Made by a program: the position numbers and the translations under genes. A DNA stretch of 64,000 nucleotides, from positions 1 through 64,000 of the forward strand of contig JBFMAF010000051.1 of assembly GCA_040755995.1 (NCBI GenBank), read 5' to 3'. Shown one piece after another: positions 1 to 8,545 of the stretch. The notes beneath the pieces are model-generated. The model ran no database searches. It saw only the letters and a list, made by a program, of their open reading frames with translations, and was not told where the DNA came from. Origin of the DNA: Acidobacteriota bacterium. Lineage in GTDB: Bacteria; Acidobacteriota; CAIWXX01. Position 1 is the first letter of the stretch, and every line of letters starts with the position of its first letter.

Positions 1-2
1 TC

Positions 3-503
3 TACTCGACTGCTCTGCGCCTCTCCGAGCTCGCCGCGCTCGATCTTACCGACCTCGATCTTACTGCCGGCACGCTCATCGTTCGTTGCGGCAAGGGCAG
101 CAGGCAGCGCGTCGTGCCGCTCGGCGATGTGGCCATCGCCGCGCTCCTCGATTATCTCCAGAACGCTCGCCGGTACTTCCATCGCAGGCCTGGTGTAGAA
201 GCGCTCTTCCTCGCTGCTACTCACTGCGGCTCGACTGGCAACCGCCTCTCGAAGGCCTCCATCCGCGAGATCGTGCGAAATGCATCTCGCGCCGCCGGCC
301 TCGATCGCCCGATCAACCCGCACCAGGTCCGACACGCGTGCGCCACTCACATGCTGCGCGCCGGCGCCGATCTGCGCCACATCCAGCAGCTCCTCGGCCA
401 CGCCCGCATCGATACAACCGAGATCTACACCCAGGTCGACGTGAGCGACCTCGCCGACGTCCTCGCCCGCTCCCACCCGCGCTGCAAACCGCAGCACTCA
501 TAG
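3..503 (+). CDS. XerC/XerD-like tyrosine recombinase, C-terminal part (5' end outside window)
   Basis: Frame from base 3 reads YSTALRLSEL...GKGSRQRVVP...HQVRHACATHMLRAGADLRHIQQLLGHARIDTTEIYT, containing the catalytic R, HxxR, H and Y. Confidence 0.93.
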   Translation, partial: YSTALRLSELAALDLTDLDLTAGTLIVRCGKGSRQRVVPLGDVAIAALLDYLQNARRYFHRRPGVEALFLAATHCGSTGNRLSKASIREIVRNASRAAGLDRPINPHQVRHACATHMLRAGADLRHIQQLLGHARIDTTEIYTQVDVSDLADVLARSHPRCKPQHS

Positions 504-783
504 CAGCGAAAGAGAAAGCAGCAGCACGCGCTTGCTGGCCGCTTCTGCCAGGCGTATACTCGGCTCATCAGCAGCTGCAGGAGAGGCCAGGAGATGACCG
601 ACACACACGCGACTTCCACCCACAGCCTTGCTCATTCCTTCGCTGCCGTCTCCGAAGGAGCGCTGCTTGCCAGTGGAGCCGGGGTCAGCGCCAGGGCGAG
701 GGATCGCACACAGGCCGGCGGCGCATCATCTTCTTCTTTCGCTGCTCGGAGCGCTGTTTCTGCCGCACTGCGTCAATCAACAA

Positions 784-909
784 AATCAACGACTTGGCAC
801 AGCATCTATTCTTGCGCTTCGGCCGTTCGTCCCAGCCAAGTAGTTGATTCTACGCGGGTGGGAGAGGCGAAAAGTCGCCTACAGCATCTAATAAGAGCTA
901 GATACTATG
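784..909. promoter_or_regulatory. Putative tyrosine-recombinase att site: two IHF-consensus boxes plus an 11-8-11 imperfect palindrome
   Basis: AATCAACGACTTG (784-796, +) and AATCAACTACTTG (837-849, -) fit WATCAAN4TTR; TACAGCATCTA-ATAAGAGC-TAGATACTATG (880-909), arms 8/11 complementary. Confidence 0.5.
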
Positions 910-1412
910 ACCCGCATGCGGGGGGGTTCCTGAGCGAGGATCCTCTGGCGTTCCTGGCCGACTCCAATTTCTATCGATACGTGGGGAACAATCCGACGAT
1001 CTTCGTTGACCCTTATGGGTACTCTTGCACTCAATGGGAGGAGGCGGCATACCAAGCTGATCGTGATGTGGAAACGAGATACGGTGAGTGGATGCCTATG
1101 GGATCACTGGGCATATCGGTTGGCATCTATAATCCGCCGATCCCTAGCATTAATGTTTGCATGCGTCGGCGGTACGAACGCGATGTTTCGAGGGTGCGTT
1201 TGTGGCTGGAGCGAACTTGTGATGGATGCGACGCTAATCCGTGTCCCGACTGCTATCGGAAATTGTGCTATTGCAAGAATGGGCGTCAAGTTGAACGTCA
1301 GACAAAGTTCTTCGATTTGAAAGTCTATACGGATTGGGAATGGAAAGGGTGGCAGTATTTGCTGACACGCCGCAATTGCAGCGACCTGCCGTCGTACGGG
1401 GGAAGTTGGTGA
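885..1412 (+). CDS. Orphan RHS repeat-associated core with Cys-rich C-terminal toxin tip; no credible start of its own
   Basis: RARYYDPHAGGFLSEDPL...NFYRYVGNNPTIFVDPYG (RHS core and DPxG cleavage motif) inside ORF 594..1412; upstream residues do not look RHS-like. Confidence 0.85.
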   Translation, partial: HLIRARYYDPHAGGFLSEDPLAFLADSNFYRYVGNNPTIFVDPYGYSCTQWEEAAYQADRDVETRYGEWMPMGSLGISVGIYNPPIPSINVCMRRRYERDVSRVRLWLERTCDGCDANPCPDCYRKLCYCKNGRQVERQTKFFDLKVYTDWEWKGWQYLLTRRNCSDLPSYGGSW

Positions 1413-1542
1413 CCGCTCCTGCTGGAGGACAGACCCACTATGAGTACTTGGCGGGAGTCGGATGTGGGAGGTTCATACGGATTGGGAACGGAAAGGGGGC
1501 AATATTGGCTGACACCCTGCAATTGCAGCGACCTGCTGTCGT
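1327..1542 (+). repeat. About 69-bp imperfect direct repeat of the RHS tip 3' region (1327-1395 and 1475-1542)
   Basis: ATACGGATTGGGAA(T/C)GGAAAGGG...GCTGACAC..GCAATTGCAGCGACCTGC(C/T)GTCGT occurs twice. Confidence 0.85.
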
Positions 1543-1552
1543 GAGATGTTAC

Positions 1553-2182
1553 ATGCGAATTGTTCATCGCCTTCGGTTTGCCGTTGTCATCCTTCTTCTC
1601 TTGTCGTGGGGGGATGGGTGTAGAGAAGTGACACGTCTGCAGACATGTTCTATCTGTGGTTCTACAAGGAAGCAAACTAACACCTTTCGCCTTGGGTTCA
1701 TACCTAGATCGAGTGAATGGGAAGTCCTGTACGCCGCACCGGGGTTCGCGAACTGCAAACACCAATGGCAATTCGGCATTAGCTCAGGCACTCGAGATCC
1801 CGTCGCGGATGGCATTGTTGTTCTGGTCAGACAAGGATCGAGCTACGGTGCGTTTATACTTGACAGCCAGCACGTGAAACCTGAAGAGATGCACTATACC
1901 TGGTGCTTCCGATCTGATGGAAATGCCATGCTCGATCTATCTGAACCATCAATTCCCCACGGCACAGGCAGCGGCACAAAGATCAATTTCGGCCCGTTCA
2001 TGGTTCACTGGTCCGCATCAAGAGAGGGGGAGGGCTGGCTATATTACCCTCATGCACCGGGAGAGCCCATCAGGTTTGATGACTTGCGCATTTGCATAAC
2101 GTCTGAACATGAGATCAAGAATATCAATGCAGCCGATCCGAAGTGGATATACAAGGCGTCACCTAGTGATTCGGGATCATGA
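1553..2182 (+). CDS. Hypothetical exported or lipoprotein-like protein, candidate immunity protein
   Basis: ATG at 1553, MRIVHRLRFAVVILLLLSWGDGC signal-like N-terminus, lower GC, directly after the RHS tip. Confidence 0.55.
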   Translation: MRIVHRLRFAVVILLLLSWGDGCREVTRLQTCSICGSTRKQTNTFRLGFIPRSSEWEVLYAAPGFANCKHQWQFGISSGTRDPVADGIVVLVRQGSSYGAFILDSQHVKPEEMHYTWCFRSDGNAMLDLSEPSIPHGTGSGTKINFGPFMVHWSASREGEGWLYYPHAPGEPIRFDDLRICITSEHEIKNINAADPKWIYKASPSDSGS

Positions 2183-2278
2183 TCAGGTCAGTGGGCCCTG
2201 TCTTGGGCTCTAACACTACCTGGAAGTTGTCAAGAATCTAGTTGAAATCCCCGGCTCTTCGGCAGAATTGGCGGGTAG

Positions 2279-2324
2279 CCTAGCGCATGTTTGCGGGACT
2301 GTCATGTAAGTCATTGAAAGCTGA
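2279..2324 (-). mobile_element. Isolated inverted copy of the IS1634 right end
   Basis: CCTAGCGCATGTTTGCGGGACTGTCATGTAAGTCATTGAAAGCT is the near-perfect reverse complement of ~4550-4593. Confidence 0.85.
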
Positions 2325-2329
2325 GCTGC

Positions 2330-2560
2330 GGGTTCCAGAAATTCTGGCCGGGAGATTTCCGGAAATTCTGGCCGGTTTGAGGAGGCGCCGCAGGCATCTG
2401 GATTGGGGGTGTCCGGCGCCGAGCCGGCTGCTGGCAAAGCGCGGTCTGGGAGGCCGGGGCGAGGAAGCCGGAGGACGGGGTGATGGATCTGATGGTGTCG
2501 TATCGCCGATACCGCTCACCAGAACTGACCCGTCACCGCTTAGATAGATTGACCCACCCG
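2330..2560. mobile_element. Two IS21-like terminal remnants with 24-bp-period internal repeats
   Basis: TTCC(A/G)GAAATTCTGGCCGG at 2333 and 2357; TGTC at 2496 followed by ACCGCT..TGACCC at 2511 and 2535; no istA/istB present. Confidence 0.5.
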
Positions 2561-2727
2561 TAGAGCACTTGCGGATGCCTCCTAGCGCATGTTTGCAAGG
2601 CGATCGCGCTGGCGGGCTGAATCCACGTAGGGACAACTGAAACGTTTGAGTGGGCTGGCATGTTTAGGGCGTGTTTTCCAAAAAGTGTAGTGACAAACGG
2701 GCGGCATGAGAATTCAAATGCGGACTC

Positions 2728-2756
2728 TTGACAGGACCCCTAGCACGTATTATGAT
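2728..2756 (+). promoter_or_regulatory. Sigma70-type promoter of the transposase
   Basis: TTGACA-17 bp-TATGAT just upstream of ATG 2779. Confidence 0.7.
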
Positions 2757-2778
2757 AGTGGTGTAGAGTTGGTGAGCA

Positions 2779-4524
2779 ATGTTCCTCCGATCCATCACGC
2801 TGGGCGAGGGGAAGTACACCTACCTGCGCCTGGTCGAGAACTACCGGGAGCGAGAGAAGGTAAAGCAGCGGGTCGTGGCTCATCTGGGGCGGAAGGACCT
2901 GCTTGCACCGCATCTCGATTCACTGGTGCGCGCTCTGCAGGCGGAGGATTCTCCGTCGCGGTGGGTGAAGTCGGACGAGATCTCGGCGCCTGAGGCATGG
3001 AGCTGGGGGCCGGTCCTGGTGGCACGGCATCTCTTCGAGGAACTCTCGTTGAGTTCGATTCTGGACGGGCCCCGGGCCGGGAAGCGCGACGATCCCCCGC
3101 TTTCGGAGCGCGTCTTCCCGCTGGTCGCGAGCCGACTCAGTTGGCCGGGCAGCGAACACGCATTGGCGCAGTGGCTGGAAGATTTCTACGTGTGCACACG
3201 GAGTGGGAGTCGGTGGATGCCGAAGTGGAAGGAATCCGGCCGGGTGAAAGTGGATTTCCGGCAGCTTCGGATGTGGTACCAGACACTCGACCAGCTGCTG
3301 GTCGAGAAGGAGCGGGTGGAGAAGGCCGTCTACTTTCGGTTGCGGGATCTGTTCAGCATTCGGGCGGAGCTGATCTTCTACGATATCACCTCGACCTACT
3401 TCGAGGGTGAGGGCCCGGCCGAGATCGCGAAGTTCGGGTACAGCCGGGACCAAAGGCCACGGAACCGGCAGGTCCTCATCGGTGTCGTGATGATGGATGG
3501 GTGGCCGATCGCGCATCATGTCTTCGCGGGCAACCGGCTGGATGGGACGACGGTAGAAGAAGTCGTGGCTGACCTCAACAAGCGATTCGAGATCGAGCGC
3601 ATCGTCTTCGTTGGCGATCGCGGGATGGTGTCGGTCCACAACATCATGCAGCTCCGCAATGCGAACCAGGGCTACCTGGTCGGCCTGCAGCGGAGGAATC
3701 GAAAGGCGATCTACGATTACATACGTGAGGCCGAGAGCCGGGGCCGCTGGGAGGAATGCCCAGCAGGCATCGCTGCCTACGAGAGGAAGCCGATCCCGAG
3801 AACACGGGTGCAGGAGGTCGCCGGCAAGGAACCGGGCGTCAGAGTGTTCGTGGTTGATAGCGAGGAGCGGGCACTCTATGAGAGAAGCATGCGTGAGCTC
3901 TCAATGGAGAGGACAGGCAAGGCATTGGAGGCCATTCGCCAGCGAGTCGAGAAAGGCACTCTCAACGAGCCTCACAAGATCGGAGCCGCTGTGGCCAGAG
4001 CCCTTGCGCGACATCACGGCCACCGGTACTTCACTTGGCGGCTGAAGGACCGCGCCTTCTCCTACGCTGAACACCCGATCAGCCTCGCTCGCGAGAAGGC
4101 CCTGGAAGGCAAGTGCCTCATCCAGACCGAAGAGCAGGGCATCAGCCCGGTCCAGGCCGTGGCGGCGTACAAGCTCCTAAACGATGTCGAGCGTGGGTTC
4201 GCCCATCTCAAGGGTCTGCTCGAAATCAGACCTATTCACCATCGCCGCGAACAACGCGTCCGCGCCCACATCTTCGTCGCTGCACTCGCCTTCCTCGTCG
4301 ACCGCGCGCTGGAGAAAAAACTACGCCAGGCAAACAGCACCCTCTCTTCGCCATTCGCCTGGTCCGCCCTCGAGACGATTCGTTGCGTCAAACTCAACAT
4401 CAATGGCGACACCAAGCTCTGTGTCACCAGAGGCTCCCGCCACGCAGCTCAGGTCCTTCGCGCGGTGGGAGTAACCTCGGTGGAGCCCCCACCCCCGCCC
4501 CAGAACGAACCAACCATCATGTAG
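2779..4524 (+). CDS. IS1634-family DDE transposase
   Basis: YLRLVENYRE...VKQRVVAHLGR N-terminus, FYDITSTYFEG, FGYSRDQRP, FVGDRGM, VERGFAHLK, RPIHHR...RVRAHIFV. Confidence 0.92.
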   Translation: MFLRSITLGEGKYTYLRLVENYREREKVKQRVVAHLGRKDLLAPHLDSLVRALQAEDSPSRWVKSDEISAPEAWSWGPVLVARHLFEELSLSSILDGPRAGKRDDPPLSERVFPLVASRLSWPGSEHALAQWLEDFYVCTRSGSRWMPKWKESGRVKVDFRQLRMWYQTLDQLLVEKERVEKAVYFRLRDLFSIRAELIFYDITSTYFEGEGPAEIAKFGYSRDQRPRNRQVLIGVVMMDGWPIAHHVFAGNRLDGTTVEEVVADLNKRFEIERIVFVGDRGMVSVHNIMQLRNANQGYLVGLQRRNRKAIYDYIREAESRGRWEECPAGIAAYERKPIPRTRVQEVAGKEPGVRVFVVDSEERALYERSMRELSMERTGKALEAIRQRVEKGTLNEPHKIGAAVARALARHHGHRYFTWRLKDRAFSYAEHPISLAREKALEGKCLIQTEEQGISPVQAVAAYKLLNDVERGFAHLKGLLEIRPIHHRREQRVRAHIFVAALAFLVDRALEKKLRQANSTLSSPFAWSALETIRCVKLNINGDTKLCVTRGSRHAAQVLRAVGVTSVEPPPPPQNEPTIM

Positions 4525-5099
4525 TGACCAAAACGCGTTTCCACATGCGAGCTTTCAATGACTTAGATGACAGTCCCGCAGACATGCGCTAGGTCTCTTG
4601 GGTGGTGTGCTGAGCCCATTGTGGTTCTATGCCCGATGGCGGCCCAGGGAGTTGGCCTTTCGAGGCGACGACTTCTTCATCATCCTGGCAATCCTCTTCA
4701 ACTTACTGCTGGATAGTGTTCTTGGTTCTCTATTCGATGAGTCCGGGATGATCTCCAGTGCCCCTCGTCACGAAGGGTGAGGTTGTCAAGAACCCAAGAG
4801 CACGCTCGGGCTGCTTAGCCGTGGGTTGCTTGCAGAATCCGCCTCCCATGTGTTTGGCGATGATGGCGTCGATGAGGTGGACGACGCCCCCGGTGATGGG
4901 GGTCCGGGTCAGTTGATGGGCAGCGCCGCAGTCGCTTCGAGAGCCTGCCAGTTCCAACTCGTCCGTGCGAAGTCCAGAACGCGTTCGCTGCAGGCGTAGG
5001 AGGCGAATACCTCCTCGGAGGTGAAGCGCAGAAGATCGACCGTGGGCGGAGGGAGTGTTCCTTCCAGCTCATCCGGATGCGGAGGAACTGGCGGGCACT

Positions 5100-5578
5100 G
5101 CAGGAACTTCATCGCGGTCGGCTGCGTTGGCGAAGAGACGGCGATACTCACGGGCTACCTCGCGGCTCTCTCGCGGATGCTCCAGGAGGAGACCCTGGCG
5201 GTGCTCTTCTGCGCGCGCTCGGGCGCCGGCAAGAGCACCATGCAGAAGCGTATCGTCGAGCCTGTCCCGGCCGAGGCGCTTATCGAGCGCACCTGTGTGA
5301 CCAGGCAAGCGCTCTTCTACAAGGACGAAAACGCTCTCCTTCACAAGGTGCTCGCGATCGACGAGGAAGGCGGCGCCATCGAAGCCGCCCACGCGCTGAG
5401 GTCACTCCAGAGCGCCGCCTACCTCTCGATCACATCGACGCGCACCGATCCGCAGATCGGCAGGCAGCGGGCCGAAGACTACCCTGTGAACGGCGCGTGC
5501 GCGATCTTCCTCACGACCACTCACCCTGATGCCCTCGACTACGAGACCAGGAATCGCTTCATCAATCGACGAGTCTAA
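5100..5578 (+). pseudogene. Fragment of the P-loop ATPase region of a mobile-element DNA primase
   Basis: GCVGEET...LTGYLAALSRML...LAVLFCARSGAGKS...QALFY...LLHKVLAIDEEGG...LRSLQS...IFLTTT...ETRNRF; truncated at both ends. Confidence 0.7.
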
Positions 5579-5806
5579 GGATGGCAACGGCAATGGTCCC
5601 AACGGGCAGGGCGATTCTTCCGGTACAGGGGCAGTCTAAACACCTTTGTGTACCGCTAGATCCCCCTCCGGGGGCAGGCACTGGTGCCTGTCGCCAAGGA
5701 AAGCCGCCCGGCGCTCCGGCCGAGGTACGCGAACGGGCACGCAGACTGATCACGAAGATCCGCTCACGCCCTGGAATGCAGAGGCGACGCCGCGAAACAC
5801 ATGCGC

Positions 5807-5835
5807 TTGAAAACATCGCCGGAAATCCCTATGCT
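5807..5835 (+). promoter_or_regulatory. Putative sigma70 promoter for the PilZ-CheX operon
   Basis: TTGAAA-17 bp-TATGCT. Confidence 0.45.
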
Positions 5836-5984
5836 AGCTTCGTCATGGTTGCCGACGAGGGTGCTCCGGCTCGGCTGCCGTCCTGTGGGCGAGCAGAGGA
5901 GGAAGTGCGGGGCCGGAGATGAAGGGATACTGAGCAAGAGCGATGCGAGAGAGAAGGAAGAAGGCGCGACTCGCGGGCGGGCCG

Positions 5985-6446
5985 ATGATCGATGAGCGGC
6001 GGGCGTACGTGCGACTGCCACAGAGAAGCATCATGCGCGTGCGCGAATTCAACTTCACGGATGAGCCGCCGAGGTACTTCGACGCGCACTACAAGAACAT
6101 CTCGGGCGGCGGTGTGCTCTTCGAATCGCCCTATGCGCTGCCGGTCGGCACGATCCTCAAACTCGAGCTGAGAATACCAGGGTGGGATCGTCTCGCGCCC
6201 CCGCCCTTCAGGATCGAATCGATGACTCTCATGAGCTCGCAGCCGCTGGGGGTGCTGGGGGAGGTCGTGAGGGTGGAGACCGTTCAGCAGGACAAGTGCT
6301 ACGACATCGGGGTGGTCTTCATCGGAATCGAGGACGAGCAGCGCCGGGCACTGATGCAATTCGTGGCGAGCCAGTACGGGTGCGGGCCCGAGGGCGAGCC
6401 GGCCCGCGGTTCACGCGAGCGCGCGCGTCATCCGAAGCGGCGCTGA
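5985..6446 (+). CDS. PilZ domain protein (c-di-GMP receptor)
   Basis: ERRAYVR (RxxxR), NISGGG (D/NxSxxG), GEVVRV...IGVVF. Confidence 0.85.
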   Translation: MIDERRAYVRLPQRSIMRVREFNFTDEPPRYFDAHYKNISGGGVLFESPYALPVGTILKLELRIPGWDRLAPPPFRIESMTLMSSQPLGVLGEVVRVETVQQDKCYDIGVVFIGIEDEQRRALMQFVASQYGCGPEGEPARGSRERARHPKRR

Positions 6447-6911
6447 ATGGACAGGGACAGCGCCATCCGGAACCTCATCGAGGCCACTCGAGAGGTCTTT
6501 GGCAAGATGATCACCATCCCATTGGGTGAGGATCCGACCTTCGAGACCGAGGCCGAGGCGCGCCGGTGCGAGATCGTCGGGATGGTGAGTCTCGCCGGCC
6601 GATCCATGGGAGTCGTCTCACTCCACTGCTCTCCTCGATTGGGCCTCCTCATCGCATCCAATCTGCTCGGCAGCCCGGTGACGGAGGTAGGGGAGGAGCT
6701 GGAGGACGCCGTCGGTGAGGTGACCAACATGGTTGCAGGAAATTTCAAGACGCGCATGAGCCAAGAAGGCGAGATGTTCGACCTGTCGGTCCCTACAGTC
6801 ATCATGGGGAAGGACTTCTCCGTCAAGACCATGACCGGTGCCCCTACACTGGTCCTCGGCTTCCGGTGGGAGAGTGAGAAATTGCTGGTTCGTTTGAACA
6901 TGAGATTATAG
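6447..6911 (+). CDS. cheX: Chemotaxis phosphatase CheX family protein
   Basis: DAVGEVTNMVAGNFK (ExxN), LSVPTVIMG. Confidence 0.88.
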   Translation: MDRDSAIRNLIEATREVFGKMITIPLGEDPTFETEAEARRCEIVGMVSLAGRSMGVVSLHCSPRLGLLIASNLLGSPVTEVGEELEDAVGEVTNMVAGNFKTRMSQEGEMFDLSVPTVIMGKDFSVKTMTGAPTLVLGFRWESEKLLVRLNMRL

Positions 6912-6958
6912 GGGAACCGGGGGCGGGCGCATCACGATGCGCCCCTACAACCACCTCA

Positions 6959-7195
6959 ATGAATCCGACACCAATCCTCGTCGTCGCGTACGCCGGCTGT
7001 CGCGGTCTGGAGAGGCCACACGTGTTCTTCCTCGAGCAGAGGCGGATCGAGGTGCTGGAGATCGTCTCGCGTTGGGTCCAGGAGGAGGTCGCTGACCGGC
7101 GACAGCGAAGGTTCTTTGTCGTGAGAGGAGACGACGGCGCCGAGCACACGCTGTGGGTCGACGTGGCCACCTCTGAGTGGTACCGCGTCGGGTAG
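6959..7195 (+). CDS. Small hypothetical protein
   Basis: 78-aa ORF, YAGCRGLERP...EIVSRW...RRFFVVRGDDG pattern seen in small conserved proteins. Confidence 0.6.
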   Translation: MNPTPILVVAYAGCRGLERPHVFFLEQRRIEVLEIVSRWVQEEVADRRQRRFFVVRGDDGAEHTLWVDVATSEWYRVG

Positions 7196-7237
7196 GGATA
7201 CGGCAGGGGCGCATCGCGATGCGCCCCTACGGCGCCC

Positions 7238-8176
7238 CTACGACACGTAAGGCGGTATCAGAGACGGGTCTTCGAGCCAGAGCTCCAGCGACATCGCCGC
7301 GGTGACGCCGTCGCCGACGGATGTGGCCACCTGGCGGAGCGAGTTTGTGCGGACGTCGCCGGCGACGAAGATCCCCGGCCGCGAAGTGGCCATCTGGTGA
7401 GTGGCAAGGACGTAGCCGTTGTGGTCGAGCCGGATGAAGTCGCGTAGAAAGATCGAGTTCGGAGTCATCCCGATCGACACGAAGACAGCCGAGGTCGGGA
7501 TCTCCGCAACCGAATTCGTCTTGACGTCCCTGATGCGCAACGCCGTCACCGTCTGCTCCCCGACGATCTCCTGGACGACGGAGTTCCAGATGAACTTGAT
7601 GTTGGGGGCGGCCGTGGCCCGCTCATGCAGAATCCGCTCGGCACGCAGCTCCTCTCGACGATGTATCACCTGGACCGTGCTGCAGAGGTTCTTCAGGAAC
7701 AGGGCCTCGGTCAACGCAGAGTCGCCGCCGCCGACGACGCTGACGACCTGGTCCCTGAAGAAGGCGCCGTCGCACGTCGCGCAAACCGACACACCCTTGC
7801 CCCAGAACTCCTGCTCGCCCGGCACACCTAAGTGCCGGTGACTGCTGCCCGTCGCGACGATGACGGATCGCGCGGCATAGGTCTGCTCCTCGGTGACGAC
7901 GCCGAATTCGCGCCCATCGGCGTGCACTTCGCGCACCTCGCCGTACCCGAGCTCCGCGCCGAACCTCTGGGCCTGCTCGAGGAACTTCTCCATGAGCTGC
8001 CCGCCGTCGGTCTGAATGAATCCGGGGTAGTTCTCGACGTTGTCCGTCAGCAGCAACTGTCCCCCGGTCGCACCTTTCTCGAGGACGAGCGTCTTGATGC
8101 GGGCGCGACCCGTGTAGATGGCGGCGGCCAGCCCGGCCGGGCCACCGCCGATGATGATGCAATCGTAACGCGACAT
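7238..8176 (-). CDS. trxB: Thioredoxin-disulfide reductase
   Basis: IIGGGPAGL, VENYPGF, GVSVCATCDGAFF, VVGGGDSA, AGDVR; start MSRYD at 8176. Confidence 0.96.
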   Translation of the reverse strand: MSRYDCIIIGGGPAGLAAAIYTGRARIKTLVLEKGATGGQLLLTDNVENYPGFIQTDGGQLMEKFLEQAQRFGAELGYGEVREVHADGREFGVVTEEQTYAARSVIVATGSSHRHLGVPGEQEFWGKGVSVCATCDGAFFRDQVVSVVGGGDSALTEALFLKNLCSTVQVIHRREELRAERILHERATAAPNIKFIWNSVVQEIVGEQTVTALRIRDVKTNSVAEIPTSAVFVSIGMTPNSIFLRDFIRLDHNGYVLATHQMATSRPGIFVAGDVRTNSLRQVATSVGDGVTAAMSLELWLEDPSLIPPYVS

Positions 8177-8205
8177 CGAAGTGCTAGGCACGGCGCGCCG
8201 TGCCC

Positions 8206-8532
8206 CTACACGTGCCTGTCCAACATCTTGGACATGGCTTCTTTCGACTGGACCCCGACGACCTGCTCGGCCACACGGCCGTTCTTGAACAGAATCAGCG
8301 TCGGAATACCCCGGATGCCGTAATCCATGGAGACCTTCTGGTTCTCGTCCACGTTGAGCTTCCCGAACTTGATCTTGCCCGCGTACTTGTCGGAGAGGGC
8401 CTCGACCACCGGTGTAATCATGCGGCATGGGCCGCACCACGGCGCCCAGAAGTCCACGAGCACCGGAATCGCGGACTTGAGAACATCGGTCTCCCAGTTC
8501 GCGGTCGTGAACGTCGCCAGTTTGTCACTCAT
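8206..8532 (-). CDS. trxA: Thioredoxin
   Basis: VLVDFWAPWCGPCRMI, GIPTL. Confidence 0.97.
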   Translation of the reverse strand: MSDKLATFTTANWETDVLKSAIPVLVDFWAPWCGPCRMITPVVEALSDKYAGKIKFGKLNVDENQKVSMDYGIRGIPTLILFKNGRVAEQVVGVQSKEAMSKMLDRHV

Positions 8533-8545
8533 GGCGTCAATCCTC

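Larger units (their letters stand above)
2581..4593 (+). mobile_element. IS1634-family insertion sequence
   Basis: Terminal IRs CCTAGCGCATGTTTGC / GCAGACATGCGCTAGG enclosing a single DDE transposase; no target duplication visible. Confidence 0.88.
6925..8209. repeat. GTAG-type REP-like palindromes at 6925-6948, 7205-7241 and 8187-8209
   Basis: GGGCGCATC(A/G)CGATGCGCCCCTAC twice and GGCACGGCGCGCCGTGCCCCTAC; all read GTAG+GGGC on the minus strand. Confidence 0.65.

Noticed and set aside
594..884. N-terminal 97 codons of ORF 594..1412 as a real RHS N-terminus
   Set aside because: Ser/Ala-rich with no YD repeats; it overlaps the IHF/att-like region and is probably an incidental open frame
1334..1552. 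Long N-terminal extension of ORF 1334..2182
   Set aside because: It is an alternative-frame reading of the 69-bp duplication; a signal-like start exists at 1553
2330..2560. Mini CRISPR array
   Set aside because: Only two copies of each repeat at 24-bp period, no spacers and no cas genes; fits IS termini better
4800..5100. Possible transposase or other gene fragment on the minus strand
   Set aside because: Interrupted by stops and no motif I can assign
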